Positions 55,067 through 63,212 of a stretch of 64,000 nt of DNA are shown in pieces (within the stretch, counting starts at the first letter, position 1; each line of letters begins with the position of its first letter). The notes under the pieces are model-generated. The model was not told where the DNA came from. It did not search any database and was given only the letters and a program-made list of their open reading frames with translations. The stretch spans positions 3,141 to 67,140 of the forward strand of contig JBBRSS010000005.1 in NCBI GenBank assembly GCA_038245115.1, given 5' to 3'. The position numbers and the translations under genes are program-made. Source of the DNA: Candidatus Saccharimonadia bacterium. GTDB taxonomy: Bacteria > Patescibacteriota > Saccharimonadia > UBA4664.

Positions 55067-56602
55067 TCACGGTGAAACGATCACCCAATCGGCGTTTTGA
55101 TAGTCGGTTTTGTAGCGGCAGGCTGCAAAGTAATCTATCTGAGGTTTCATGGTAGTTCGATCAAGAATAACGCCGGATACCCGGCCGTTTTTAAGGTGCT
55201 GAGTTATTAGATTACACGGGAATGCGGGGGTGGCGATGTCACGAAGGAGGTTGTTCCAGGCGTGATAATTTGGGCTTTCCGGGGGTTGAACGTTGAGCAT
55301 GCGGGTACGGCTGAGCCACGGGAATCGCATAACGGCCCAATGGCTGCCGATGAAGGACTGCTGGGGATGATTCTCGAGGTAATGCGCCGTCTGCCGATCG
55401 GTGGCGGTGACGGTGACGGGTCGGAGATTTGCGGCAAGATATTGGCTTTGGGCTTCGTAGCTTATGGCTATGAGAATGATTACATTGGTGGCAAGAACGG
55501 CTAATATATATTTTCGATAATGGCGGGCTAGCGTGAGATTGGCGAGCCGCACGGTTGTCAGAGTGAGAGGGAGCAGCAGAATTAGGACAGAACGACGCCA
55601 GCTGTGAACGGGAATAAGCTGCCAGACGGTCGAAACCGTAAGCCATACGCCAAGGTATGGATCGATGGCGCGAGTTATCATCACGCGGGTAATCTGATCT
55701 TTTCTGAGCGTGAGTGCTGCCAATATTAGAGCGATTATGATGCCAATGAGTAGCGGTAGTAAGGTTTTGGGCTCGAAGAGAGTGATATTGGTGGCGAGTT
55801 GGTTGCGGAAGAATTCGTTGGTGTTCCCCAACCAGGCGTAGTAGGCGCCGGCCAAGAGGGTGGGCAAGATAAGTGTTGACGTTCGAAGGTGGCGGAGCCT
55901 GTTGGATTTGCCGGAGATTAATGCCCAGGCGACGATAATGGTTAGCCAATAAAAAATATAATACGGATGAATTAGAGCCCATGCTCCTGCCAGTAGCCCC
56001 AGTAGCGGCCAAGTACGAGTATTTTCACGGTTAATATACAGGCCGCCGAGGCAAACTATGGTCATGAGGATTGAGAATAGATCCGATGGCGAGGCAATTG
56101 TTGCGTACACGAGGGAGGCATCGGTGAGCTCGCGGCCGAAGCCGAGTAGCATTAGCGGAAATGGTATGAACACCAGGAGGCCGCATAGCCATAGCATGGT
56201 GCGGTTGGGATTTTGGTCGGTTTGACGGCACCAGGCGCGATTGAAATAGAATAGTGCAATCCCGATGCCGATAAGTAAGATGAGGCGGAGGCCGATGGCG
56301 GCTAACGCGGGTGAGTCGAAGTGATATAACGAGTGGCTGAAGCTCCAGAGGAGCTGGACGCGGCAACCGCCTTCGTTGAGCGTGGAGGTGAGGTTTTGCA
56401 GGCAGATGGTGGGGCTGGCAATCAGGATGTTGTAGATCCGATCGTCGACTGTGAAAGCGGGGATGACCTGGGTGGAGCCGGCGGTGAATACTGTTCGGAG
56501 CAGGGCAACAATGAAGCCGCCGAACCCTATGAGCAGAGCAAGAATTAGGCTCAGGCTGAGGGTAAGTGCGGCCGGAGGAGATTTGAGAGACAGTCGTGTC
56601 AC
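55067..56602 (-). CDS. Polytopic membrane protein (PMT/ArnT-like glycosyltransferase candidate)
   Basis: 511 aa with more than 12 TM helices. It is the last gene of a four-ORF translationally coupled operon. Confidence 0.45.
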   Translation of the reverse strand: MTRLSLKSPPAALTLSLSLILALLIGFGGFIVALLRTVFTAGSTQVIPAFTVDDRIYNILIASPTICLQNLTSTLNEGGCRVQLLWSFSHSLYHFDSPALAAIGLRLILLIGIGIALFYFNRAWCRQTDQNPNRTMLWLCGLLVFIPFPLMLLGFGRELTDASLVYATIASPSDLFSILMTIVCLGGLYINRENTRTWPLLGLLAGAWALIHPYYIFYWLTIIVAWALISGKSNRLRHLRTSTLILPTLLAGAYYAWLGNTNEFFRNQLATNITLFEPKTLLPLLIGIIIALILAALTLRKDQITRVMITRAIDPYLGVWLTVSTVWQLIPVHSWRRSVLILLLPLTLTTVRLANLTLARHYRKYILAVLATNVIILIAISYEAQSQYLAANLRPVTVTATDRQTAHYLENHPQQSFIGSHWAVMRFPWLSRTRMLNVQPPESPNYHAWNNLLRDIATPAFPCNLITQHLKNGRVSGVILDRTTMKPQIDYFAACRYKTDYQNADWVIVSP

Positions 56603-56862
56603 CGATTTCGGCTTCGAATGAAGGCGATGAGTTGCTGTTTGAGCTGGCTGTAGGCCGGTTTGCCCAGGGTTGCAACGCCAGCTATAAAACTGATCTCGGC
56701 TGATACGAGGACGATGATCCAGATGAGCCCTTGATGGCTCACGTGGGTAAATGGGATGATGAATTCAGCTGCCCAACCAAGACCGGCCAGATAAATAAAT
56801 GTGATCCCAATTTTGAGGCGGTGTGTTAGGAGCGGCAGATTGGGTTTTGGGCGGGCAATCAT
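56599..56862 (-). CDS. Small two-TM membrane protein
   Basis: 87 aa; ATGA overlaps on both sides. Confidence 0.4.
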   Translation of the reverse strand: MIARPKPNLPLLTHRLKIGITFIYLAGLGWAAEFIIPFTHVSHQGLIWIIVLVSAEISFIAGVATLGKPAYSQLKQQLIAFIRSRNR

Positions 56863-57020
56863 TGTAAGGATTTGAGCTCACGCTGCAGATTGGCGCAGAG
56901 CAAGATTTGCTGTGTAGGCTCGAGGTAGTCGAAAATTTCTAGCCAGTAATTGAGCTCGCCCGGATCTTCGCCGAGCCCGATTAGCTGGTGAACGAGGGTA
57001 GTGAGTTCAAGCTTGTCCAT
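56859..57020 (-). CDS. Small ORF (53 aa), translationally coupled
   Basis: Reads MDKLELTTLVHQLIGLGEDPGELNYWLEIFDYLEPTQQILLCANLQRELKSLQ. Stop/start overlap TAGATG upstream and ATGA downstream. Not in the track (below 60 aa). Confidence 0.3.
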   Translation of the reverse strand: MDKLELTTLVHQLIGLGEDPGELNYWLEIFDYLEPTQQILLCANLQRELKSLQ

Positions 57021-57665
57021 CTATGCGGCCCTCTCAGCTTCAATTTGGGGGCCACTCTTAGGGTAATCTCGAATGTCGGCGATTATCTTTCTAATCTTGA
57101 GCTCGGTGGCTGTTTCGGCTTTGGCGGTGAGGTTCGGGTTGGAGGCCATGAACTTGGCCGATATTTCGAAAATACGAGCCGATTTGGCGGCTCCTTTTTC
57201 GGCCAGGCTGGCAGCCAACTTTCCGACTAGGTTTACGCTTTTACCGGCCAACATAGTCCCCTCTGGGATATCTTCGATACCGGTGAAGTCTAAGGCCAGA
57301 CTGCCGGCACCCATAGCGGCGTGTATGATCCGACTTCTTCCACTGACCTCATTGCCGTCAAGGGTTGTACTGGCGATAGATTCGGTGAGCAGCTTGCTTC
57401 CGCCTAAGAATGGAACAAGATTGAGGCCGTTGCTGACTAGGGGCGAGGTTAGGACACCCTTGAGAATGTTTCCGCGTTCGGCACTAGCTTGCTCGATGAC
57501 TTTGTCTCTCTCCGCGCCTGACTCGGGCGTAGCTTGGGTGTCACGATGAGCTTCTGGGTGAGCGCCGGCTTCGGCACGGATAGCGAGAAGCTCGTCGGTG
57601 AGGGCGTCGTGTGATTCGGCTTCGTTTATATCGGGCTGATCTTCCATTAAGTCATTGGTGTCCAT
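57021..57665 (-). CDS. Hypothetical protein, first gene of the coupled operon
   Basis: 214 aa, acidic N-terminus, no recognisable motif. Confidence 0.4.
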   Translation of the reverse strand: MDTNDLMEDQPDINEAESHDALTDELLAIRAEAGAHPEAHRDTQATPESGAERDKVIEQASAERGNILKGVLTSPLVSNGLNLVPFLGGSKLLTESIASTTLDGNEVSGRSRIIHAAMGAGSLALDFTGIEDIPEGTMLAGKSVNLVGKLAASLAEKGAAKSARIFEISAKFMASNPNLTAKAETATELKIRKIIADIRDYPKSGPQIEAERAA

Positions 57666-57764
57666 AAGTTTAGCCGCCTATTGTTAGAGCAAGAATTGGC
57701 GGAACACACGGGTCTGGAACTCAGAATATGTATCAATTTTTTACACTTTACAGATAATAATGGG

Positions 57765-57808
57765 ACAAATGAGACACAGAACACCTATATGCGTCGTGTC
57801 TCATTTAT
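57765..57808. repeat. Palindromic element copy 1: AAATGAGACAC-N18-GTGTCTCATTT
   Basis: Reads GGGACAAATGAGACACAGAACACCTATATGCGTCGTGTCTCATTTATAGG. The 11-bp arms are perfect reverse complements. Confidence 0.6.
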
Positions 57809-57840
57809 AGGTAGCTAGTAATGTTTTTGGGCTTTTGCGG

Positions 57841-58905
57841 CTACGCTGCTGAGCTCTGTTCTTTGTCGTTGTATGTTGGTCGCGCTTCGGCAGGTGCAGC
57901 AGCAGGTAACTGATATAGCTTATCTGCGCCTAGGTCTGCAACGATTTGACTGCGTACGGCTTCCATTTTGATCTTGTATTCTTCACGAGCAGCTACAACT
58001 TCAGAGGCTTTCTTGTCGAGCATAGCCTGTAGCATTTCCTTAGCAGCGTCACTACTTGCCGTAGCAAGCCGCTCCTCAAGTTTGATAATTTCATCGCCAA
58101 AGACTTCATCTGTAATTGTTTGCAGCTCTGCAACGCCTGCTTCTCCCACGGCAATTTTTTCCTCTACAGTAGCTTTTGCCTGCTCAAGGTCAGTAGAAAA
58201 CTTTGCGTATTCCGTTGCGTGTATACCACGAATGCCTTTTAATAGTCCGAGTGAGTCGTTTGTCTCGCGGAAGTTCTCGACAAGGTCAGGATGATTGTTG
58301 AGTAGATTATCGAAGTCTCCGCTCATTAGTAGTCCAGAACTATCTGTATAGCCACCGGTATCACGGCCGCGATGTACGCGGTTTCCGTCAACATCATGCA
58401 TGACTCGCTTATTCTCAACGCTGAACATCTCGTATTTACGAAAACGTTCCATCGCACTAACGTGTGTATTGGCGTCTGCTACGCCGCCAAGCGTTTGATC
58501 CAATCGCTCTGCAAGTGCGGCCATCGGCTCGGCTTTTATTGCTCCGTAAAGTTCTTTTTGCTCGCTTTTCTCTGGGGCAAGCTTTTGTATAACATCCTGA
58601 AGCGTACCTGCTCGCCGTCCATCTTTGTCATAGCCTTGCATTGCATCGAGGAACTTGTCTGCTCCATAACGATCAACCATTACTTGAAGTCCTGCACCTA
58701 TAATACTACCCTCAAGTCCTCGCTGTACCTCGTCTATACCATGTAGCTCGCCGGCTTTTTGTTGTAGGGTGTCAATATCGCTTTTTTCAAGAGTTTTCTC
58801 TTGCTCTAGAAGCATAAGTCCAGTTTCAACAGGCGCATTTTGTTCAACCGTGTCGCTAGTTTGCTCTTGGGGTTGTTCTGGTGTCATTCGGATGAGTTCA
58901 CTCAT
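57841..58905 (-). CDS. Hypothetical protein in the lower-GC segment
   Basis: 354 aa (MSELIRMTPEQPQEQ...). Predicted helical; no recognisable motif. Confidence 0.4.
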   Translation of the reverse strand: MSELIRMTPEQPQEQTSDTVEQNAPVETGLMLLEQEKTLEKSDIDTLQQKAGELHGIDEVQRGLEGSIIGAGLQVMVDRYGADKFLDAMQGYDKDGRRAGTLQDVIQKLAPEKSEQKELYGAIKAEPMAALAERLDQTLGGVADANTHVSAMERFRKYEMFSVENKRVMHDVDGNRVHRGRDTGGYTDSSGLLMSGDFDNLLNNHPDLVENFRETNDSLGLLKGIRGIHATEYAKFSTDLEQAKATVEEKIAVGEAGVAELQTITDEVFGDEIIKLEERLATASSDAAKEMLQAMLDKKASEVVAAREEYKIKMEAVRSQIVADLGADKLYQLPAAAPAEARPTYNDKEQSSAA

Positions 58906-59203
58906 GCTTTCCTTTTCCCTTGTAGTGTTATTTTAGTTGTTTGTTTTTGTTCTAACCTGCTAACAATATAGCATACGTAGGTAATATTGTCAAGGTAACG
59001 CAACCGTTCGGGGAGGTTCACTATTGAAATCACAAGAAACTAAATAGCCAGTAGTTTATATTCGGAGACATATCCTGTACTAGTTGGCCCATGTTGTTTT
59101 ACAATATATTCCTCTTCTAGGAGTATGTCAGTGTAGTCAGCCTCTAGGTGGCCGATTGTTAAACTCCTGGACTTTGTACCCCATTGCGGTACATTGTCCT
59201 TGT

Positions 59204-59983
59204 ATGGAATCAATCGTATCCCAACAGACACCACAGGTAGCAAAAACAGCACTGATTCGCTGGTGTTTGTACGCTCGCAAATCCAGCGAGCAAGACGAAC
59301 GCCAAGCCTTATCAATCGAGCAACAAATCAAGGAAATGCTACTACTTGCCGACCATTGGGGCATAGAAATAGCCGAAGTTCGCAAAGAGAGTCATTCCTC
59401 CAAAGAATCAGGCACTAGGCCGATCTATAACCGACTTATTAAGGACATTCAACTTGGCTACTTCAACGGAATTGTGACATGGGCACCTGATAGGTTGTCC
59501 CGAAATGCCGGTGACCTTGGTATTCTGGTAGATTTGATGGATCAGGGTAAGCTCGCGGAGATCCGCACTCACGGTCAAACGTTCACTAACTCGCCAAATG
59601 AGAAGTTCCTGCTGATGATTCTTGGCTCACAGGCCAAGCTAGAGAACGATAACAGAGGCCTCAATGTCATCCGGGGACTACACAACAAAGCCGCCAACGG
59701 CTGGAGACCTGGAGTTGCGCCGATCGGCTACCTGAATAATGGTCTCGGCGATGAGAAGATAATTGTCGATGAAATTCGATCACCGATCATTGTAGAAATG
59801 TTTGAGAGAGTCGCCAAACAAGCCTACACCGGCCGGGAAGTAAAACGCTGGCTCGATGGCATAGACTTCGTAAGCAGACATGGTAAACGCCTCGTCTTAA
59901 GCCATATTTACCGTACGCTAAAGAATCCCTTCTACTACGGCGAGTTCCAATACCCCAAGACCAGCGAAACGATGCATCACTGA
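59204..59983 (+). CDS. Large serine recombinase, N-terminal catalytic (resolvase-type) domain; the ORF ends at an in-frame TGA
   Basis: 'TALIRWCLYARKSSEQDERQ' has the Ser nucleophile in a YAR-x-SS context. 'GIVTWAPDRLSRNAGDLGILVDLMDQGKLAEIRTHGQ' is a resolvase motif, and the recombinase-domain motif begins at 'GWRPGVAPIGY'. The likely start is the ATG at 59204; the track begins at 59084. Confidence 0.6.
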   Translation: MESIVSQQTPQVAKTALIRWCLYARKSSEQDERQALSIEQQIKEMLLLADHWGIEIAEVRKESHSSKESGTRPIYNRLIKDIQLGYFNGIVTWAPDRLSRNAGDLGILVDLMDQGKLAEIRTHGQTFTNSPNEKFLLMILGSQAKLENDNRGLNVIRGLHNKAANGWRPGVAPIGYLNNGLGDEKIIVDEIRSPIIVEMFERVAKQAYTGREVKRWLDGIDFVSRHGKRLVLSHIYRTLKNPFYYGEFQYPKTSETMHH

Positions 59984-60568
59984 AAACATGCACCGATAAT
60001 CAGCAAAGATCTGTTTGACGAAGTCCAGATCCAGCTGACGGTAGCCCCAAAGGCTCCAGCAGGTACCAAAGAGTTTAGTTTCACTAGGATGATCAAATGT
60101 GGTGTTTGTAAAACGGGTGTTACAGCAGAAGAAAAGTTGAAGAAGCTCAAAACTGGCGAGATCAGACGGTATGTGTACTACCACTGCGGTAGGGCAAACG
60201 ATCTTGACTGCATCCAGCCATACATTCGCGAAGGCGAACTGATGATCGAGTTGCTTAATGTTATCGATGAGCTTGAAATAGATGAAATAGGTGCTCACCA
60301 ACAGTTCAAAGAAGAACTCATACGATATGAGAGGTTTATAGGCGTATTAGAGCAAAGTAACAATAGTAGTTCTCAAAAAACCAAGCCAACGATCGATCTG
60401 AAAGCATACTCAAAGTATGTGCTGCAACATGGAACTAAAGAAGAAAAGCGTGAGATTCTCCAATATGTAACCGGCGAATTATTCCTCAAAGATCAAAAGG
60501 TCTATGTTGAGCGAAAAACGAGGTCTAAAAAGTTTATCCCGGCCAGTTCGAATCCCATCGCCATCTGA
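59984..60568 (+). CDS. Large serine recombinase, C-terminal recombinase/zinc-ribbon portion, same frame as the N-part
   Basis: The region immediately after the TGA reads 'KHAPIISKDLFDEVQ', typical of large serine recombinases. It is followed by a zinc ribbon 'CGVCKTG...YYHCGRAND' and a coiled-coil. The track ORF starts at 60089. The 59984-60088 interval is 35 in-frame codons with no stop. Confidence 0.55.
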   Translation, partial: KHAPIISKDLFDEVQIQLTVAPKAPAGTKEFSFTRMIKCGVCKTGVTAEEKLKKLKTGEIRRYVYYHCGRANDLDCIQPYIREGELMIELLNVIDELEIDEIGAHQQFKEELIRYERFIGVLEQSNNSSSQKTKPTIDLKAYSKYVLQHGTKEEKREILQYVTGELFLKDQKVYVERKTRSKKFIPASSNPIAI

Positions 60569-60738
60569 ACGGGAATGGTCAAAATTCACGCACCACATAA
60601 CATTTTGCGGTAATTAAAAACGACCTTGTACCTTTAGTATGCACTTTAGGTGGACGGGTCGTTTTAGAACTTTATTCTTGGCGGAGCAGCCGGGTCAGGA
60701 ACTTTCCGACTGTCTCAAGGATTATATCCCTTAAGGAG

Positions 60739-60791
60739 GAAATGAGACAAATAAGACACTATAAAAAGGGGATTGTTTCGTGTCTCATTTC
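60739..60791. repeat. Palindromic element copy 2: GAAATGAGACA-N31-TGTCTCATTTC
   Basis: Reads GGAAATGAGACAAATAAGACACTATAAAAAGGGGATTGTTTCGTGTCTCATTTCGAAG. It shares its arms and a loop ACAC(C)TATA core with copy 1. Confidence 0.6.
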
Positions 60792-60924
60792 GAAGCCCTC
60801 GTAGCCTTGACTTGACTGAATCGCTATTACAACGCATGGGCTAGCGTTCTGACCTTTTAATCCGCTTAAGCTTGCATTATCAGATAGGGAGAGTAGTTAA
60901 TGGTGCCTTAAATAGGAATAAATC

Positions 60925-61088
60925 ATGGTACAAATTAGCAAACAGGATCTCGAAGAATTTAAGCGTATTACTAGGGAAATGCGTGACCTAGAGTTTCCCA
61001 ATGATGAAGCGGCAATGCGGGCAGCTCAGAGGCTAGTCCGTTTGTTCGAAAAGAGACGCACCCTAAAACTTCCAACTTTGAAGTCTTA
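60925..61088 (+). CDS. Small ORF (54 aa), speculative
   Basis: Reads MVQISKQDLEEFKRITREMRDLEFPNDEAAMRAAQRLVRLFEKRRTLKLPTLKS. A 9-bp stem hairpin GCACCCTAA...TTAGGGTGC at ~61055-61095 overlaps its stop. Confidence 0.2.
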
Positions 61089-61107
61089 GGGTGCGGCCCG
61101 ACCGAAG

Positions 61108-61743
61108 TCAGGCCTGCTCCTCGAGAATTCCTTTGGACCTCAAGAAGTCTTCGGGATCTTCGACCCCGTTCTCGATCAGGAGCGTGAAGGCGCAGCCAAG
61201 CGCCTCATCCATTGGCATTATAGCCAGTTCCTCGCAATCCTCAGCTGAGAGCACCTCGCCGCAGACATTGGCAAGTTGCTCGCTGGTTGGCTCTTTGGTG
61301 GCCACTTCTGGGATTCTTTCGCCGTCGGTTTGAACACCTAGTGCTTCTTCCAAAACCGGCATAACGTCTGCAAAGCCCATATTGTCGGCATAGGTCAGTG
61401 CATCCTGCAGATCTTCGGCGTAATTCTCGCTCCGGCCGCCATCACGACGAATCAGACCCATTTGCACAATCAGGCCAATCTGAGCTTTCGCAAAGTCATC
61501 ACCCTCTCGTTGATTGACTACCTCTTCGGCGAGCAAGTGGTAGCGAGTAGCCAACTCTTTGACATCAGCACCGGCCGACATGGCTTCAACCAGCTGTCCA
61601 CGGAGCTGGCCCAGTTCTTCCGTCTCAACAAAGCCCAATGTTTCAGGCAGAGCGTCAATGGCAGGTCTTGCCTCCATTTCGGGGCTCCTTTCAGAATCTG
61701 GTGGCTGTGAAGAATCAAAGCCTAATGGATGTTCATGCTCCAT
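61108..61743 (-). CDS. Hypothetical acidic protein downstream of the zinc-ribbon gene
   Basis: 211 aa, very acidic and helical. A 5-nt gap separates it from the upstream gene. Confidence 0.4.
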   Translation of the reverse strand: MEHEHPLGFDSSQPPDSERSPEMEARPAIDALPETLGFVETEELGQLRGQLVEAMSAGADVKELATRYHLLAEEVVNQREGDDFAKAQIGLIVQMGLIRRDGGRSENYAEDLQDALTYADNMGFADVMPVLEEALGVQTDGERIPEVATKEPTSEQLANVCGEVLSAEDCEELAIMPMDEALGCAFTLLIENGVEDPEDFLRSKGILEEQA

Positions 61744-61748
61744 AGCCT

Positions 61749-63194
61749 CTATTCTAACTTGTCTTTGGCGTCAGTTCTCCTTATTTCTCGGCCCAAGCTG
61801 TCTTTTTTGACGTTAGGGATCTCTTCTTTACCGCTGCTCATCTTAAAATCGAATGTCCGGATAAAGTCAGGCACTGAGTCATCATTATCGCGCATCGGTA
61901 TGATCACTCGGAGTAGCGGATTCATTTTGGATCGAATAAAAGGAATACTGGTCGACTTTTTCTTGCCGCTCTTAAGGGTGATCTCGGCTGGTACCGAATC
62001 CAGAGTCATATTGTGCAGGTAAACCAGGGACGATTCACGAAGGTTGCGCTCTCTTGGGCTCAGCGTTGTCGGTGGATGATCCGGCAGTTCTTCAACTGGC
62101 TTCGCTGTTGGTGGCGGTAAGGTGCCATGCTTGGCTTTTTGCTCGATTAGCTTCCGTAGTTCATCTTCGCTTTCGTAGGCTCGGAGCCGACCGGTCAAAT
62201 AGCCAACTCGGTAACTCACCCCCTCGCTCATCAGTCGCCAATTTGTGTCTTCAAGGGTCTTACCGATCAGTTTTTGCAGATCTTTTTTGCTGTTATATTC
62301 TTCACGCTCTGGTTTAGCGTCTAGGCAACTGAAACCAACAGCCACCTCGCGGCCTAGCTGCGGCTGATCCAGCTTAAACTCGGTGTAGCTAGCTTTCTCT
62401 AGGATTGGTTTCAAGATCTCAGCCAACTGAGCAATTTTGAGCTTCTTGATATCTTTGATGGTCTCATAGATATCGGTATGCACAGCTTGATCAGCGACGG
62501 TAGCCTCGAGCTTCATTAGACGCTCGAGATGACGGCGTTTCTGCTCGTACTTAAACATCATGTCACTATCGAAGACAAACCGCTTATTATCCAGCTCATA
62601 GTTAGGATCGGGTGGCTCTTCTTCGGTACTTCCACCAAGCTCAAAGCTGTCTTGGTAACTATGTCCACATTTTGGGCATTTGTAGGTAATTGTGACAATC
62701 TTGTTATCAGTTTTGCCGGTATGATCCATTGATTCGCCGCATTTCTCGCATAAGGTCTTGGCACCCTCCCACTCGGTGCCGTCTTGCCAGTAAGCCTGGC
62801 GCTTATTGCAGCTATCACACTCAAACATCAGTAGGATATCATCTTCATTGCGACCCTCGCGACGCATATAGTTCTTGCTAATCACCCGCATATCTTTGCC
62901 GCAACTGCGGCAGTACATACTACCCTCGACGTGGGCGTTAGCTAAGACACGGTCTTTCTCTTCGTCCCGAGCCAGCCAGTCATTGATGGTCTGATCACCC
63001 TTTACTGCTCGCGCGGCTGCCTGGGACTCAACGAGGCCAAAATAAAGCTGGCTATAGAACAAGTACCAGGCAGGACGACGTTGTTCAATTTCTGACGGTG
63101 GCACTTTCCGTTCCATCTCGCGGAAAGTGCCATTAACTATTCGTTCGCCAGAGCGACAGCCCTCAACTGTGATCTCGTCATAGACGATCCTCAT
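61749..63194 (-). CDS. Zinc-ribbon-rich protein (four CxxC pairs), tightly linked downstream of the reverse transcriptase
   Basis: 'CRSCGKD ... CDSCNK ... CEKCGES ... CPKCGHS' form two probable zinc ribbons. The C-terminal half is helical and charged; 481 aa. It lies 19 nt after the RT stop. Confidence 0.5.
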   Translation of the reverse strand: MRIVYDEITVEGCRSGERIVNGTFREMERKVPPSEIEQRRPAWYLFYSQLYFGLVESQAAARAVKGDQTINDWLARDEEKDRVLANAHVEGSMYCRSCGKDMRVISKNYMRREGRNEDDILLMFECDSCNKRQAYWQDGTEWEGAKTLCEKCGESMDHTGKTDNKIVTITYKCPKCGHSYQDSFELGGSTEEEPPDPNYELDNKRFVFDSDMMFKYEQKRRHLERLMKLEATVADQAVHTDIYETIKDIKKLKIAQLAEILKPILEKASYTEFKLDQPQLGREVAVGFSCLDAKPEREEYNSKKDLQKLIGKTLEDTNWRLMSEGVSYRVGYLTGRLRAYESEDELRKLIEQKAKHGTLPPPTAKPVEELPDHPPTTLSPRERNLRESSLVYLHNMTLDSVPAEITLKSGKKKSTSIPFIRSKMNPLLRVIIPMRDNDDSVPDFIRTFDFKMSSGKEEIPNVKKDSLGREIRRTDAKDKLE

Positions 63195-63212
63195 ATCTTT
63201 TACGATCCATGT

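Noticed and set aside
59981-59983. TGA reassigned as a sense codon genome-wide (code 4/25, as in some CPR lineages)
   Set aside because: Several well-supported genes here terminate at TGA at their expected ends (for example recF at 34678-34680 and the pilin gene ending 49929-49931), so the standard code applies. The recombinase TGA is treated as a lesion or local event.
57765-60791. The palindromic elements as plain rho-independent terminators
   Set aside because: Neither copy is followed by a U-tract on either strand, and the loops are long (18 and 31 nt).
61749-63194. The 481-aa zinc-ribbon protein as the DGR target (VR-bearing) gene
   Set aside because: Its C-terminus is charged and Lys/Asp-rich, not a C-type-lectin-like VR, and I found no A-mismatched repeat partner in 60.6-64.0 kb. 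The target and TR are more likely upstream of the RT, outside the window.
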